From the NCBI GenBank assembly GCA_032128375.1, contig JAQBGU010000024.1, positions 2,263 through 66,262 of the forward strand: a DNA stretch of 64,000 nucleotides, in the 5' to 3' direction. The stretch is from Deltaproteobacteria bacterium (GTDB lineage: Bacteria; Myxococcota_A; UBA9160; SMWR01). Positions 9,595-18,054 of this stretch are shown here, in pieces (position 1 is the first letter of the stretch; every line of letters begins with the position of its first letter). The position numbers and the translations under genes were made by a program. Below the pieces are notes generated by a model that searched no databases, was not told the DNA's origin, and worked only from the letters and a program-made list of their open reading frames with translations.

Positions 9595-10764
9595 ATGGAC
9601 GACGGTTGGGACGAAGTAGCCGGCACCCGACGAGGACGTAAGCGCTCGGGTCGATCTCGTGGCCGAGACCGGGATCGCAACCGGAGTCGCGACGGAGACG
9701 TGGATCAAGACACAGAATCGCGTCACTCGCGCAAGCGTTCGCGAGCGCGGATGACCGATGAGCAGAAGGTCTACCTGGCCGCTCGCCGCCGAGCGAATCG
9801 CAAGTTGTCGTTCATTTCGCATTTCGTTTCCTACGTGACGGTCTGCACCTTCCTACTTTTCATTGCGGGTATTCGCCCGGCTTTCTTCGTGGCTTTTTCG
9901 TGGGGGATCGGAATCGTATTCCATTATTTCTTCGCGCTCGCAGCACCCGAGCTGCGACAGCGACTGATCGATCGCGAAGTGAACCGCGAAGTGGAAGTCA
10001 GCGTGTCCCGCGAGAGACGCTCCATCGAAGAAAAGAACGCTCGACAGATCGAACAACTTTCCGCATCGATCGCACACGAGATTCGCAACCCGATCACCGC
10101 GGCAAAGAGCCTCGTCCAGCAGATGGGCGAAGACCCGAACTCGGAAGATAGTGTCGCCTACGCGAACGTAGCGCTCCAGGAACTCGATCGTGTAGAGCGC
10201 TCGATTTCTCACCTGCTTCGTTTTGCTCGCGAAGAGGAAATTCGCATGGGTGAGGTTCGACTTCGCGATGTCATCGCCAGCGCCACCGAGACTTTCCGCG
10301 ATCGCCTGGAGCGCACCGGGATTCGCATCGAGCAGGAGATCGACGGCGAGGGTGTGATGCGAGGCGACCCGGAAAAACTCCGGCGCGTGGTCATCAACCT
10401 GATCGGAAACGCGATCGACGCGCTCGAGGAAGCCAAGACACCCGATTCATCCATCCAGATCAGCGCCGGCGAGAACCTGGCCGGAACGGAAGTCTGGCTG
10501 CGTGTGCAAGACAACGGCCCGGGTATGGACCCGGCAACCCTCGAGCGGATCTTCAATCCATTCTTCACTTCAAAAGCCAGTGGGACGGGGCTCGGACTCG
10601 CACTCTCGAAAAAAGTCGTCGACGCCCACGGCGGTTCGATCGAAACGACTTCTGCGATTGGAGAGGGCACAGAATTCCTGCTCACGTTCCCAAAACAGCT
10701 CGGCAATGGCGATGCGTTCGATGCAGCCGACGGCCGGGCTGCCAAGCGCCGAACGCAGGCCTGA
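9595..10764 (+). CDS. Sensor histidine kinase with 2TM-type input
   Basis: H-box IAHEIRNP, N-box NLIGNAIDA, DNGPG, FFTSK, GTGLGL; two adjacent TMs; GGGGAG RBS. Confidence 0.93.
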   Translation: MDDGWDEVAGTRRGRKRSGRSRGRDRDRNRSRDGDVDQDTESRHSRKRSRARMTDEQKVYLAARRRANRKLSFISHFVSYVTVCTFLLFIAGIRPAFFVAFSWGIGIVFHYFFALAAPELRQRLIDREVNREVEVSVSRERRSIEEKNARQIEQLSASIAHEIRNPITAAKSLVQQMGEDPNSEDSVAYANVALQELDRVERSISHLLRFAREEEIRMGEVRLRDVIASATETFRDRLERTGIRIEQEIDGEGVMRGDPEKLRRVVINLIGNAIDALEEAKTPDSSIQISAGENLAGTEVWLRVQDNGPGMDPATLERIFNPFFTSKASGTGLGLALSKKVVDAHGGSIETTSAIGEGTEFLLTFPKQLGNGDAFDAADGRAAKRRTQA

Positions 10765-10825
10765 TGTGGGACGGTACCGTGCGTTTCAATCCTGGTCGTT
10801 CGAAGATTCTATCGGAGGTCCGCTG

Positions 10826-11905
10826 ATGAGCGATCACCGCGACGACAGCCAACAACATCGCACGCGCACGCGACACCGGCAAAGACGCCGATATCGTCCG
10901 TCACCGCCGGAGCGGTCGTTCGACGAGGGTCTGTTGACCGACGAAGAGCGCGCGTATCGTGACGCTCACCGGATCGCGGAACGCAAGGTCAAGCTCGCGC
11001 GCGACGCGAGTCGGATCGGATTGATCGGTTTGGCGCTGCTGATCTTCATTCCGCCGGTTGGCGCGATCATGTTGATCTGGTGTGGGATCGGACTCTTCAA
11101 AGAATTCTACCAGCTGATCGTCGAACCGAAGGTTCGCGACCGCCTGATCGAACACGAATTGCAAGCGCACATCTACGACGGCATCACGCGCGAACGGCAG
11201 GCGCAGGAGGGACGTCACGCCCGTTCTCTAGAGCATCTGTCGGCGTCGATTGCGCACGAGATTCGCAACCCGATTACCGCGGCCAAGAGTCTGGTCCAAC
11301 AGATGGAAGAGGAACCGACTGCCTCGGAGAACGTAGAGTACGCGCGTGTGGCGCTCGAGGAGCTGCACCGAGTCGAGAAGTCCGTGTCGCACCTGCTGCG
11401 ATTCGCCAGGGACGAGAATTCTCGCATCGAACAGGTGAAGATGGCCGACGTCGTGGACTCTGCACTGGATACTTTCCGCGACCGGCTCGCGCGCAGCGGA
11501 GTTCAACTCGAAAAACAGGTCGACTGCGAGGGCGAGCTCCGCGGTGACCCAGAACAACTGCGGAGGATCGTCATCAACCTGGTTGGCAACGCGATCGATG
11601 CGTTGGCCGAGTCGGCAACGCCGGATCCCCACATCGACGTCCAGATGGGCGAGAACCTCGCTGGGTCCGAGGTCTGGCTGCGAGTCCGAGACAACGGCCC
11701 CGGAGTCGATCGCGAGCTTCTCGCGAAGATGTTCAGCCCCTTCTACACGTCGAAGGTCAACGGCACCGGTCTGGGCCTTGCGATCTGCAAGAAGCTCGTC
11801 GACGCCCACTCGGGTTCGATCGAAGTCACGTCGGAGCCAGGCGACGGTGCCGAGTTCATCGTCACGTTTCCCAAAGCCCGCAACAAGCCAGGAGTGTCCG
11901 CGTGA
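10826..11905 (+). CDS. Second, paralogous sensor histidine kinase
   Basis: Same H-box segment LSASIAHEIRNPITAAKSLVQQM; complete HATPase boxes; GGAGG RBS. Confidence 0.93.
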   Translation: MSDHRDDSQQHRTRTRHRQRRRYRPSPPERSFDEGLLTDEERAYRDAHRIAERKVKLARDASRIGLIGLALLIFIPPVGAIMLIWCGIGLFKEFYQLIVEPKVRDRLIEHELQAHIYDGITRERQAQEGRHARSLEHLSASIAHEIRNPITAAKSLVQQMEEEPTASENVEYARVALEELHRVEKSVSHLLRFARDENSRIEQVKMADVVDSALDTFRDRLARSGVQLEKQVDCEGELRGDPEQLRRIVINLVGNAIDALAESATPDPHIDVQMGENLAGSEVWLRVRDNGPGVDRELLAKMFSPFYTSKVNGTGLGLAICKKLVDAHSGSIEVTSEPGDGAEFIVTFPKARNKPGVSA

Positions 11906-13314
11906 AGCCCCGCATTCTGGTCGTCGAGGACGAGCGCGCCATCCAGATCGCACTGTCGGGTCTGTTGAAGCGAGAAGGTTACGAGGTGAGCGTCGCGGGC
12001 TCCGGTGAAGAGGCCCTCGCGCACCTGAAAGAAAACCTGGTCGATCTGGTGATCACCGACCTCGCACTCGGGCGTGGAATCAGCGGAATGGACGTACTCA
12101 AGGCCGCCAAAACGCTTCGGTTGGAGACAGTGGTGGTGATGATTACTGCTCACGGGTCCGAGAAGATTGCCGTCGAAGCCATGAAGAACGGCGCGGACGA
12201 CTACGTCCCGAAGCCGTTTGACAACGACGAAATTCGGCTGGTGGTACACCGCTGTCTGGATCGAACGCGTCTCGAGCGCGAGAATCGGATGCTGATCGAA
12301 CAGGTGCAGCGCCAGTATGGGTTCGAAAACCTGATCGGTTCCGGCAACAAGATGCAGCAGGTCTTCTCGACGATTCAAAAAGTCGCCGAGACCGACTTGA
12401 CGGTGTTGGTCCGCGGCGAAAGTGGTACGGGTAAAGAACTCGTAGCCCAGGCGCTTCACAATCGGAGCGGTAGAAAGGGGCGCCCATTCGTAGCGGTCAA
12501 TTGTGCTGCGATCAGTCGCGAGCTGGTCGAAAGCGAATTGTTCGGTCACGAAAAGGGCGCTTTCACCGGAGCAGACGCCAGACGTCAGGGGCGATTCGAA
12601 GCGGCCGATGGAGGCACCATTTTCCTCGATGAAATTGGCGACATGGCGCCGGAAACCCAGGCGAAGGTCTTGCGTGTGCTGCAGGAACGTTCCTTCGAGC
12701 GTGTCGGTGGGGTCAAACCGATCGATGTGAATGTGCGTGTCATCGCGGCGACGCACCGCAACCTCGAAGAGGAGGTGAAGACTGACCGCTTTCGTGAGGA
12801 CTTGTACTACCGGCTGAAGGTAGTCGAACTCGAGTTGCCGCCCTTGCGCGAGCGCCCCGAGGACATCCCGGCGCTGACGATGCGGTTTCTCGAGAAGGTG
12901 ACCGAGCGGCTCGGTCGCGACAAGAAACACATAGGTGAGCATGCACTCGCGCGACTCGCGAGTTACCCGTGGCCCGGCAACGTGCGCGAATTGCAGAACG
13001 TCATCGAACAAGCCGCCGTGCTGAGTACCGGTGACATCGAGGAGTCCGATCTGCGGCTGAGCGAAAACTTCGGAGCCGAACCAGGCGTCGAATCCGATCG
13101 ATCCGACCTGCCATTTTCCGATGCGAAGAAGCGCGCGATGAACCAGTTCGAGCGCGGCTTTCTGCTCCGTGCGCTGCGGGTGAACAGTGGAAACATTTCT
13201 CGTGCCGCCGAATCGATCGGCATGGTTCGCCAGAGTCTCCAACAGAAGATTCGCGAACTCGGCCTGCGGTCCGAGGATTGGACCAACGGCGATGGAGACG
13301 CCACCAGCGACTAG
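11902..13314 (+). CDS. Sigma54-dependent NtrC-family response regulator
   Basis: REC (VVEDE, ITD, KPF), GESGTGKE, GAFTGA, FLDEIG, WPGNVREL, Fis-like HTH; GTGA overlap. Confidence 0.96.
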   Translation: MKPRILVVEDERAIQIALSGLLKREGYEVSVAGSGEEALAHLKENLVDLVITDLALGRGISGMDVLKAAKTLRLETVVVMITAHGSEKIAVEAMKNGADDYVPKPFDNDEIRLVVHRCLDRTRLERENRMLIEQVQRQYGFENLIGSGNKMQQVFSTIQKVAETDLTVLVRGESGTGKELVAQALHNRSGRKGRPFVAVNCAAISRELVESELFGHEKGAFTGADARRQGRFEAADGGTIFLDEIGDMAPETQAKVLRVLQERSFERVGGVKPIDVNVRVIAATHRNLEEEVKTDRFREDLYYRLKVVELELPPLRERPEDIPALTMRFLEKVTERLGRDKKHIGEHALARLASYPWPGNVRELQNVIEQAAVLSTGDIEESDLRLSENFGAEPGVESDRSDLPFSDAKKRAMNQFERGFLLRALRVNSGNISRAAESIGMVRQSLQQKIRELGLRSEDWTNGDGDATSD

Positions 13315-13368
13315 CCGCAGCGCCGGCTGACCCGAAGTGCTTCGGGGAGTAGGACAGAAAGTGCGACT

Positions 13369-13446
13369 GGAACCTTTGCAGGAACCTTTGCAGGAACGGT
13401 TGCAGGAACCTTTGCAGGACCCTTTTGCAGGACCCTTTTGCAGGAA
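13369..13446. repeat. 12/13-bp tandem repeat GGAACCTTTGCA x6 upstream of pspA
   Basis: Four 12-mers and two 13-mers (GGACCCTTTTGCA) read directly. Confidence 0.95.
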
Positions 13447-13452
13447 TCGTAC

Positions 13453-13470
13453 CTGGTACGACACGTGTCA
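13453..13470 (+). promoter_or_regulatory. Possible variant sigma54 promoter of pspA
   Basis: cTGGTACGACACGTGTCA: good -24 half, GT instead of GC at -12. Confidence 0.35.
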
Positions 13471-13520
13471 TTCGACGCTATATGGTGTAGTATGTCGATT
13501 TGGAGCCAAGGAGAAAAGCA

Positions 13521-14270
13521 ATGAGACGACAATCCAGAGGAGTGATCGGTCGGATTCGAAACCTGATGCGCGGGATGATGTCGGTGTGGCTGCGCGATAC
13601 GGAACGGGACAACCCCCGTGCCGTCTACGAGCAGGCGATCAATGAACGCACCCACCAGTACCGCGAGCTGAAAGAGGCGGTCGCTGGCATCCTCTACATG
13701 CGAAACAAACTAGAGGCCGATATTGCCGAGCGCCGTGCCGACATTGCGCGCCTGTTCGACGACGTGCGCCGTGCGATCCGTTCGGGCAACGACGATACCT
13801 CGATTCACCTGATCGCACAGAAGCAATTACTGATGGAAGACCTCGAGCGCGCCGAATGCGAGCTCGAAGGTGTCCGCATGGAAGCGGAGGAAGCCAAATC
13901 CAATCTCGTGCGCTTCCGTGAGGAAATACGCGAGTTGGTCAATGAGAAGAGCCGCATGCTCGCGACGTTGGCCAGCGCGCAGACGCGTCGCCGAATCAGC
14001 GAGGCCATCGACGGCCTTTCGGTCGATGCCGACATGCGCGCGCTCGAAAGCGTGCGGGAACACATCTCGCGAATCGCAACCGAATCCAGCCTCGATCGCG
14101 AAATCGGAGCGGACCAGGTGCGAACCCGGATTCGCTCGATTCGCGACGAGGTGCGGGGCGAGTCGGCGCGCCGAGAACTCGCAGAACTCAAGCAACAACT
14201 CGAGCCGGGAACCCACAACCTCGGAGCGGCGGCACTCAGCGCTTCCGAGCCGGTTCGGGTCTCTGCCTGA
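13521..14270 (+). CDS. pspA: PspA/IM30 family protein
   Basis: N-terminal amphipathic helix then E.DNPRAVYEQAI; long coiled coil; ELAELKQQL C-terminus; AAGGAG RBS. Confidence 0.88.
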   Translation: MRRQSRGVIGRIRNLMRGMMSVWLRDTERDNPRAVYEQAINERTHQYRELKEAVAGILYMRNKLEADIAERRADIARLFDDVRRAIRSGNDDTSIHLIAQKQLLMEDLERAECELEGVRMEAEEAKSNLVRFREEIRELVNEKSRMLATLASAQTRRRISEAIDGLSVDADMRALESVREHISRIATESSLDREIGADQVRTRIRSIRDEVRGESARRELAELKQQLEPGTHNLGAAALSASEPVRVSA

Positions 14271-14274
14271 AGAT

Positions 14275-14308
14275 CGTACGCGGTAGAGCGAGCGTTCTGC
14301 CGCGTACG
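14275..14308 (+). terminator. Strong hairpin after pspA
   Basis: CGTACGCGGTAGAGC / GTTCTGCCGCGTACG 15-bp stem with G-U pairs; no U tract. Confidence 0.5.
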
Positions 14309-14469
14309 CACTCGGGCACGGGCCGCACAGGCCTTCGAGCCCCCCGGCGCCCAGGAGATCGCGCTCATCAGTACGCAGTAGCGGGTTCCCGAATCGGGTG
14401 GCATCGCCTGCCAGTGGGTCGGATGCCCCGGCGGGCGTCGCCAGTTCGCCGCCACCAGCGCCTAGAGAG

Positions 14470-14486
14470 TTGGCACCGACATTGCA
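14470..14486 (+). promoter_or_regulatory. Near-consensus sigma54 promoter
   Basis: TTGGCACCGACATTGCA (TGGCAC-N5-TTGCA). Confidence 0.85.
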
Positions 14487-14519
14487 ATATTCTCGTGGCA
14501 ACACAACGAGGAGGTTCCC

Positions 14520-14720
14520 ATGTCAGTGTTCACTACACATCCCGGGATCGACTGGACAGACCAAGGGAATCCCACCTTGGTCGAGCTGATCGCAGCCGTG
14601 GAGGCGTTCGCCCAGAACGACGCGGAAGTCACGGCGACGCTTCGGCACATGGCAGAGACGGGTCAGGTCAGGTTCTTGGGCAGCGCCGTGACGTCGCAGC
14701 CATGCGCTGCGAATCCGTAG
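14520..14720 (+). CDS. Small hypothetical protein (66 aa)
   Basis: GAGGAGG RBS, sigma54 promoter directly upstream, helical pattern TLVELIAAV...EVTATLRHM..TGQVRF. Confidence 0.75.
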   Translation: MSVFTTHPGIDWTDQGNPTLVELIAAVEAFAQNDAEVTATLRHMAETGQVRFLGSAVTSQPCAANP

Positions 14721-14754
14721 TCGTGCGCGGTCTGATGGATTCAAGGAGGCGACG

Positions 14755-15015
14755 ATGAGTGACGAGCGATTCAACCTTTGGAGCTCCCTACAGACCGTGC
14801 TCGCCGCGCACATGGGCGTCGCTATCGAAGAGGTCACGCCTTGCGCATCCCTGGCTTCGGACCTCGACCTCGATCGATTCGATCGCTTCGAACTCCTCGA
14901 GGTCCTCGAAGCGACGTACTCGGTTTCCATCTCCGATGAGACCATCTCGGAGCTAATCACCGTCGGGGACATCGTCCGATGCCTCCACGTGGCTCGAACT
15001 CGCGCGGCCGCTTGA
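14755..15015 (+). CDS. Acyl-carrier-protein-like protein lacking the phosphopantetheine Ser
   Basis: AAGGAGG RBS; ACP pattern EEVTP.ASL.SDLDLDRFDRFEL...E..Y.V.I.DE...TVGDIV. Confidence 0.8.
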   Translation: MSDERFNLWSSLQTVLAAHMGVAIEEVTPCASLASDLDLDRFDRFELLEVLEATYSVSISDETISELITVGDIVRCLHVARTRAAA

Positions 15016-16374
15016 CCTGGAATAGCCGCCAAACGCGGGGCCGTTGAATTTCTCGCGCAGCGGTGCGCGTCCGAATCCGGGCCAGATCCGCGCGAGCCCG
15101 AACGCTGTGCGTACGGTGATCCACGCCCCGGTGATGATCCAGACGCCAGTGAGGTCGGGATCCGTCGCGACCAGCGCGATCAGGCCACCACCTGTGCTGG
15201 CGAGCATGGCGTTGCGCAGAAAGCGAAAATCGCTGGTACCCCAATGAATGCCATCGGTGACGAACGCGAGCGCATTGATCGGTTGAGCGAATGCGCAGGT
15301 CATCCAGGCGCCGGCGAAGATCGCTCGAGCCGGCTCCGGCAGGAACATTTCCGCGACCCGCCCCTGTACGGCAAGCATCGTGCACAGCGTCGCCACTCCC
15401 GCAGCGAGCCCCCAGATGCATGCGACCCGCGCAACCTGGCGCGCATGCGCGACCTGCGCCGCGCCGAGGAAGAACCCGATCAGGCTCTGTGCAGCGGCTC
15501 CGAAAGCATCGAGTAGCAGCGCGTTCAGGATCCAGAATTGTCGAACCACCTGATGTGCGGCCCCGGAATCTGCCCCCAGCATGTTTGCGAAGCGCGTACT
15601 GACGATGATGAAGGCAAGCAGCGAACCGGTGCGAATGAACAAGTCGCGCCCGACTGCGAGCAATCTTCCGGCCGAGCGCAGCTCCAAACGTTCGGGGCGC
15701 CCGAGCTTGCGGATCACCCGTTCGACTGCCCAGATCGCGCCCAGCCACTGGCTTGCCACGCTGGCCCAGGCCGCTCCGGCGATTCCGAGCGCTGGGATGG
15801 GTCCCCAACCGAAAATCAAGACTGCGTCGAGCACGACGTTGAGGCCGTTTTGCGCGACCGCGATCACCAGTGGCGTGCGCATCTCCTGGAGTCCGCGCAG
15901 CGCACCGAAGGCGGCCATCATGACCAGGATTGCCGGTCCACCCACGAGGCGAATCTTCAGGTACACGACCGCGTCGCGATGGATCGCGAGGTCTTGCGTC
16001 ATGAACTCGACTGCGTCATCCAACAGCGGCCAGCTCATCATTGCCAATGCGGCGCCGATCGCTGCCCCGAGACATATCGACAGTCCCGCGGCATCTGTTC
16101 CCCGCGCGAGCCTTCCGGTTCCCGCCGCGCGAGCCACTTCGGTCTGGGTACCGATCCCGAGAAAATTGAAGACCCAAAATACGCCGCTGAGCAGCGCGGT
16201 GGCGATACCCAGCGCTGCCAGCGGGCCGGTACCGAGGCGTGAGATGAATGCCGTGTCGACGATGCCCGTCACCGGCTCCGCGACCAGCGCAACCAGCACT
16301 GGGAGCGAGAGGACCACGAGCGTCCGGTGGGGCTGCTCGATGAATGGGTGTACAACCACAGTCGGTTCGGTCAA
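14953..16374 (-). CDS. MATE efflux transporter (DinF-like)
   Basis: EPVTGIVDTAFI, LRGLQEMRTP, N.VLD, GIAGAA.A; TTG start overlaps SDR stop; 3' end overlaps the ACP-like gene. Confidence 0.9.
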   Translation of the reverse strand: MTEPTVVVHPFIEQPHRTLVVLSLPVLVALVAEPVTGIVDTAFISRLGTGPLAALGIATALLSGVFWVFNFLGIGTQTEVARAAGTGRLARGTDAAGLSICLGAAIGAALAMMSWPLLDDAVEFMTQDLAIHRDAVVYLKIRLVGGPAILVMMAAFGALRGLQEMRTPLVIAVAQNGLNVVLDAVLIFGWGPIPALGIAGAAWASVASQWLGAIWAVERVIRKLGRPERLELRSAGRLLAVGRDLFIRTGSLLAFIIVSTRFANMLGADSGAAHQVVRQFWILNALLLDAFGAAAQSLIGFFLGAAQVAHARQVARVACIWGLAAGVATLCTMLAVQGRVAEMFLPEPARAIFAGAWMTCAFAQPINALAFVTDGIHWGTSDFRFLRNAMLASTGGGLIALVATDPDLTGVWIITGAWITVRTAFGLARIWPGFGRAPLREKFNGPAFGGYSRSSGRASSSHVEASDDVPDGD

Positions 16375-17138
16375 AAGCCCTCGGCTCTGTGATCGATCTT
16401 CCACAGCACTGACGGTAGGAAGCGGCGCAACCACCATCCGACGCGTGCGTGAGCACCCGGGAATACCCAGAATGCGCGTTTATCGATCGCTTGCTCGACG
16501 GCGTCGATGACTTTGGCCGGGCTCATCGGGGCGGGACCGGTCTGCATGACCTTCGGGTTCGATTTCGCCTGCTGACGTAGTGGGGTGTCGACCTGCGGCG
16601 GGCAGACACAGGCGATGTGCACACCCTTATGGAGATTTTCGTGGTATAGGACCTCTGTGAACGCAACCGATGCGAACTTCGAGGCGCTGTAGGCGCCGAA
16701 ATGCATGTTGGGTACCCAACCCGCCAGCGATGCAAAGTTGATCAGCGATCCGCGACCACGACCGAGCAGCCGAGGCAGCGTCGCAAGGCTGATGTTCACC
16801 AGCCCACCATAGTTGATATCCATGACCATTTTGATTTCGTCCGGGTCCTGCTCGAGCAGCAGGCCGGTGGGTTGGATCGCGGCCCCGTTGTACACACATT
16901 CGATCGGACCGAGTTCTGCTTCGACTTTACCGACGACTGCATCGATTTGATGGCGATCCGTGACGTCGAGGCGTTGGACATGGATGTGCTGGAATCCGCT
17001 CGCGGTGTGTGCCAGCCCGGCTTCGTCGATATCGACTGCCGCCACGATTCCACCGGCTTGTGCCCAGCGTTGCGCGGCGGCCCGGCCGATTCCGCTAGCG
17101 GCCCCAACGACCAGGTAGACTTTGTCCCGTGCGTCCAT
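16371..17138 (-). CDS. SDR family oxidoreductase
   Basis: GAASGIG, YSASK. Confidence 0.92.
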   Translation of the reverse strand: MDARDKVYLVVGAASGIGRAAAQRWAQAGGIVAAVDIDEAGLAHTASGFQHIHVQRLDVTDRHQIDAVVGKVEAELGPIECVYNGAAIQPTGLLLEQDPDEIKMVMDINYGGLVNISLATLPRLLGRGRGSLINFASLAGWVPNMHFGAYSASKFASVAFTEVLYHENLHKGVHIACVCPPQVDTPLRQQAKSNPKVMQTGPAPMSPAKVIDAVEQAIDKRAFWVFPGAHARVGWWLRRFLPSVLWKIDHRAEGF

Positions 17139-17222
17139 GAGTTCGGTCTTGCCTCGGCGAAAGCTTCCACGTCGTCGCCCGACCCACCTTGGGTCGGGCT
17201 CCTCGAGAAACCAGAGTCTGTG

Positions 17223-18014
17223 TCAGCTGTCGGTGTAGTTCGGGGAGCGCTTGGCAAGGAAGGCGCGGATGCCCTCACGGAAGTCGCTGCTCTGCGTGCA
17301 GAGCACCTGGTTGCGGTCTTCCATCGCGACGGCCTGTTCGAGGCTACCGGCGTCCACGCTCGCGGCCAGGCACTCCTTGGTCAAGCGAAGCGCCAGCGGC
17401 GTGGTGGCCAGCATGTCCGCTACGAGCAGCGACGCTTCGTTCTCCAATTCATCGTCCGGGACCACCGCCGATACCAGTCCGGTGGCAAGCGCGCGATCCG
17501 CATGGATGAATCGACCCGTCAGCATCAATTCCGACGCGACCGAGGCACCGACGGCCCTGGGCAGGAAGTAGCTGACCCCGACGTCGCATGCCGAAAGTCC
17601 GATGCGAATAAACGCGGCGTTCATCCTTGCAGACTCGCCGGCGAGTCGCACGTCGGCAGCGAGCGCCAAAGCGAAACCCCCGCCGCTCGCCGGGCCGTGT
17701 ACGCACGCGATGAACGGCTGTGGTGCGCGGTGCATCATCAATGCCAGATCGCTGATGTGTCGCTGACCTCGCATACCACTCGACGGGCTGCCGTCGCCGG
17801 TTCCGGGCTCCTTGAGGTCGAGGCCGGCGCAGAAGGCGCGACCCGCGCCGCGGATCACGACAACCCGGGTGTCGGTGTCTTCGGACAACCCGGCAAAATA
17901 GTCGCGCAACTCGTTGACCATCTGCGGATTGAGCGCGTTCAGCCGCTCCGGGCGATTCAGCGTCAGCCAGGCTGCGGCGCCATCCTTGCGTACTTGGATT
18001 GTCTGGTAATTCAT
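17223..18014 (-). CDS. Enoyl-CoA hydratase/isomerase
   Basis: LNRPERLNAL, AFCAGLDL, GGGFALALAAD. Confidence 0.93.
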   Translation of the reverse strand: MNYQTIQVRKDGAAAWLTLNRPERLNALNPQMVNELRDYFAGLSEDTDTRVVVIRGAGRAFCAGLDLKEPGTGDGSPSSGMRGQRHISDLALMMHRAPQPFIACVHGPASGGGFALALAADVRLAGESARMNAAFIRIGLSACDVGVSYFLPRAVGASVASELMLTGRFIHADRALATGLVSAVVPDDELENEASLLVADMLATTPLALRLTKECLAASVDAGSLEQAVAMEDRNQVLCTQSSDFREGIRAFLAKRSPNYTDS

Positions 18015-18054
18015 CGGTACCTCTTCTGTTTCTGTCTCCCGAAATAGCGTGGCA

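Noticed and set aside
13369-13442. Each repeat unit as a sigma54 promoter
   Set aside because: GG-to-GC spacing within units is 7-8 nt, not the required 10.
11743-13464. 573-aa minus-strand ORF, and similar long shadow ORFs (6890-8332, 16701-18047, 46565-47944, 55257-56891)
   Set aside because: Antisense or off-frame shadows of well-supported genes in high-GC DNA; no recognisable motifs.
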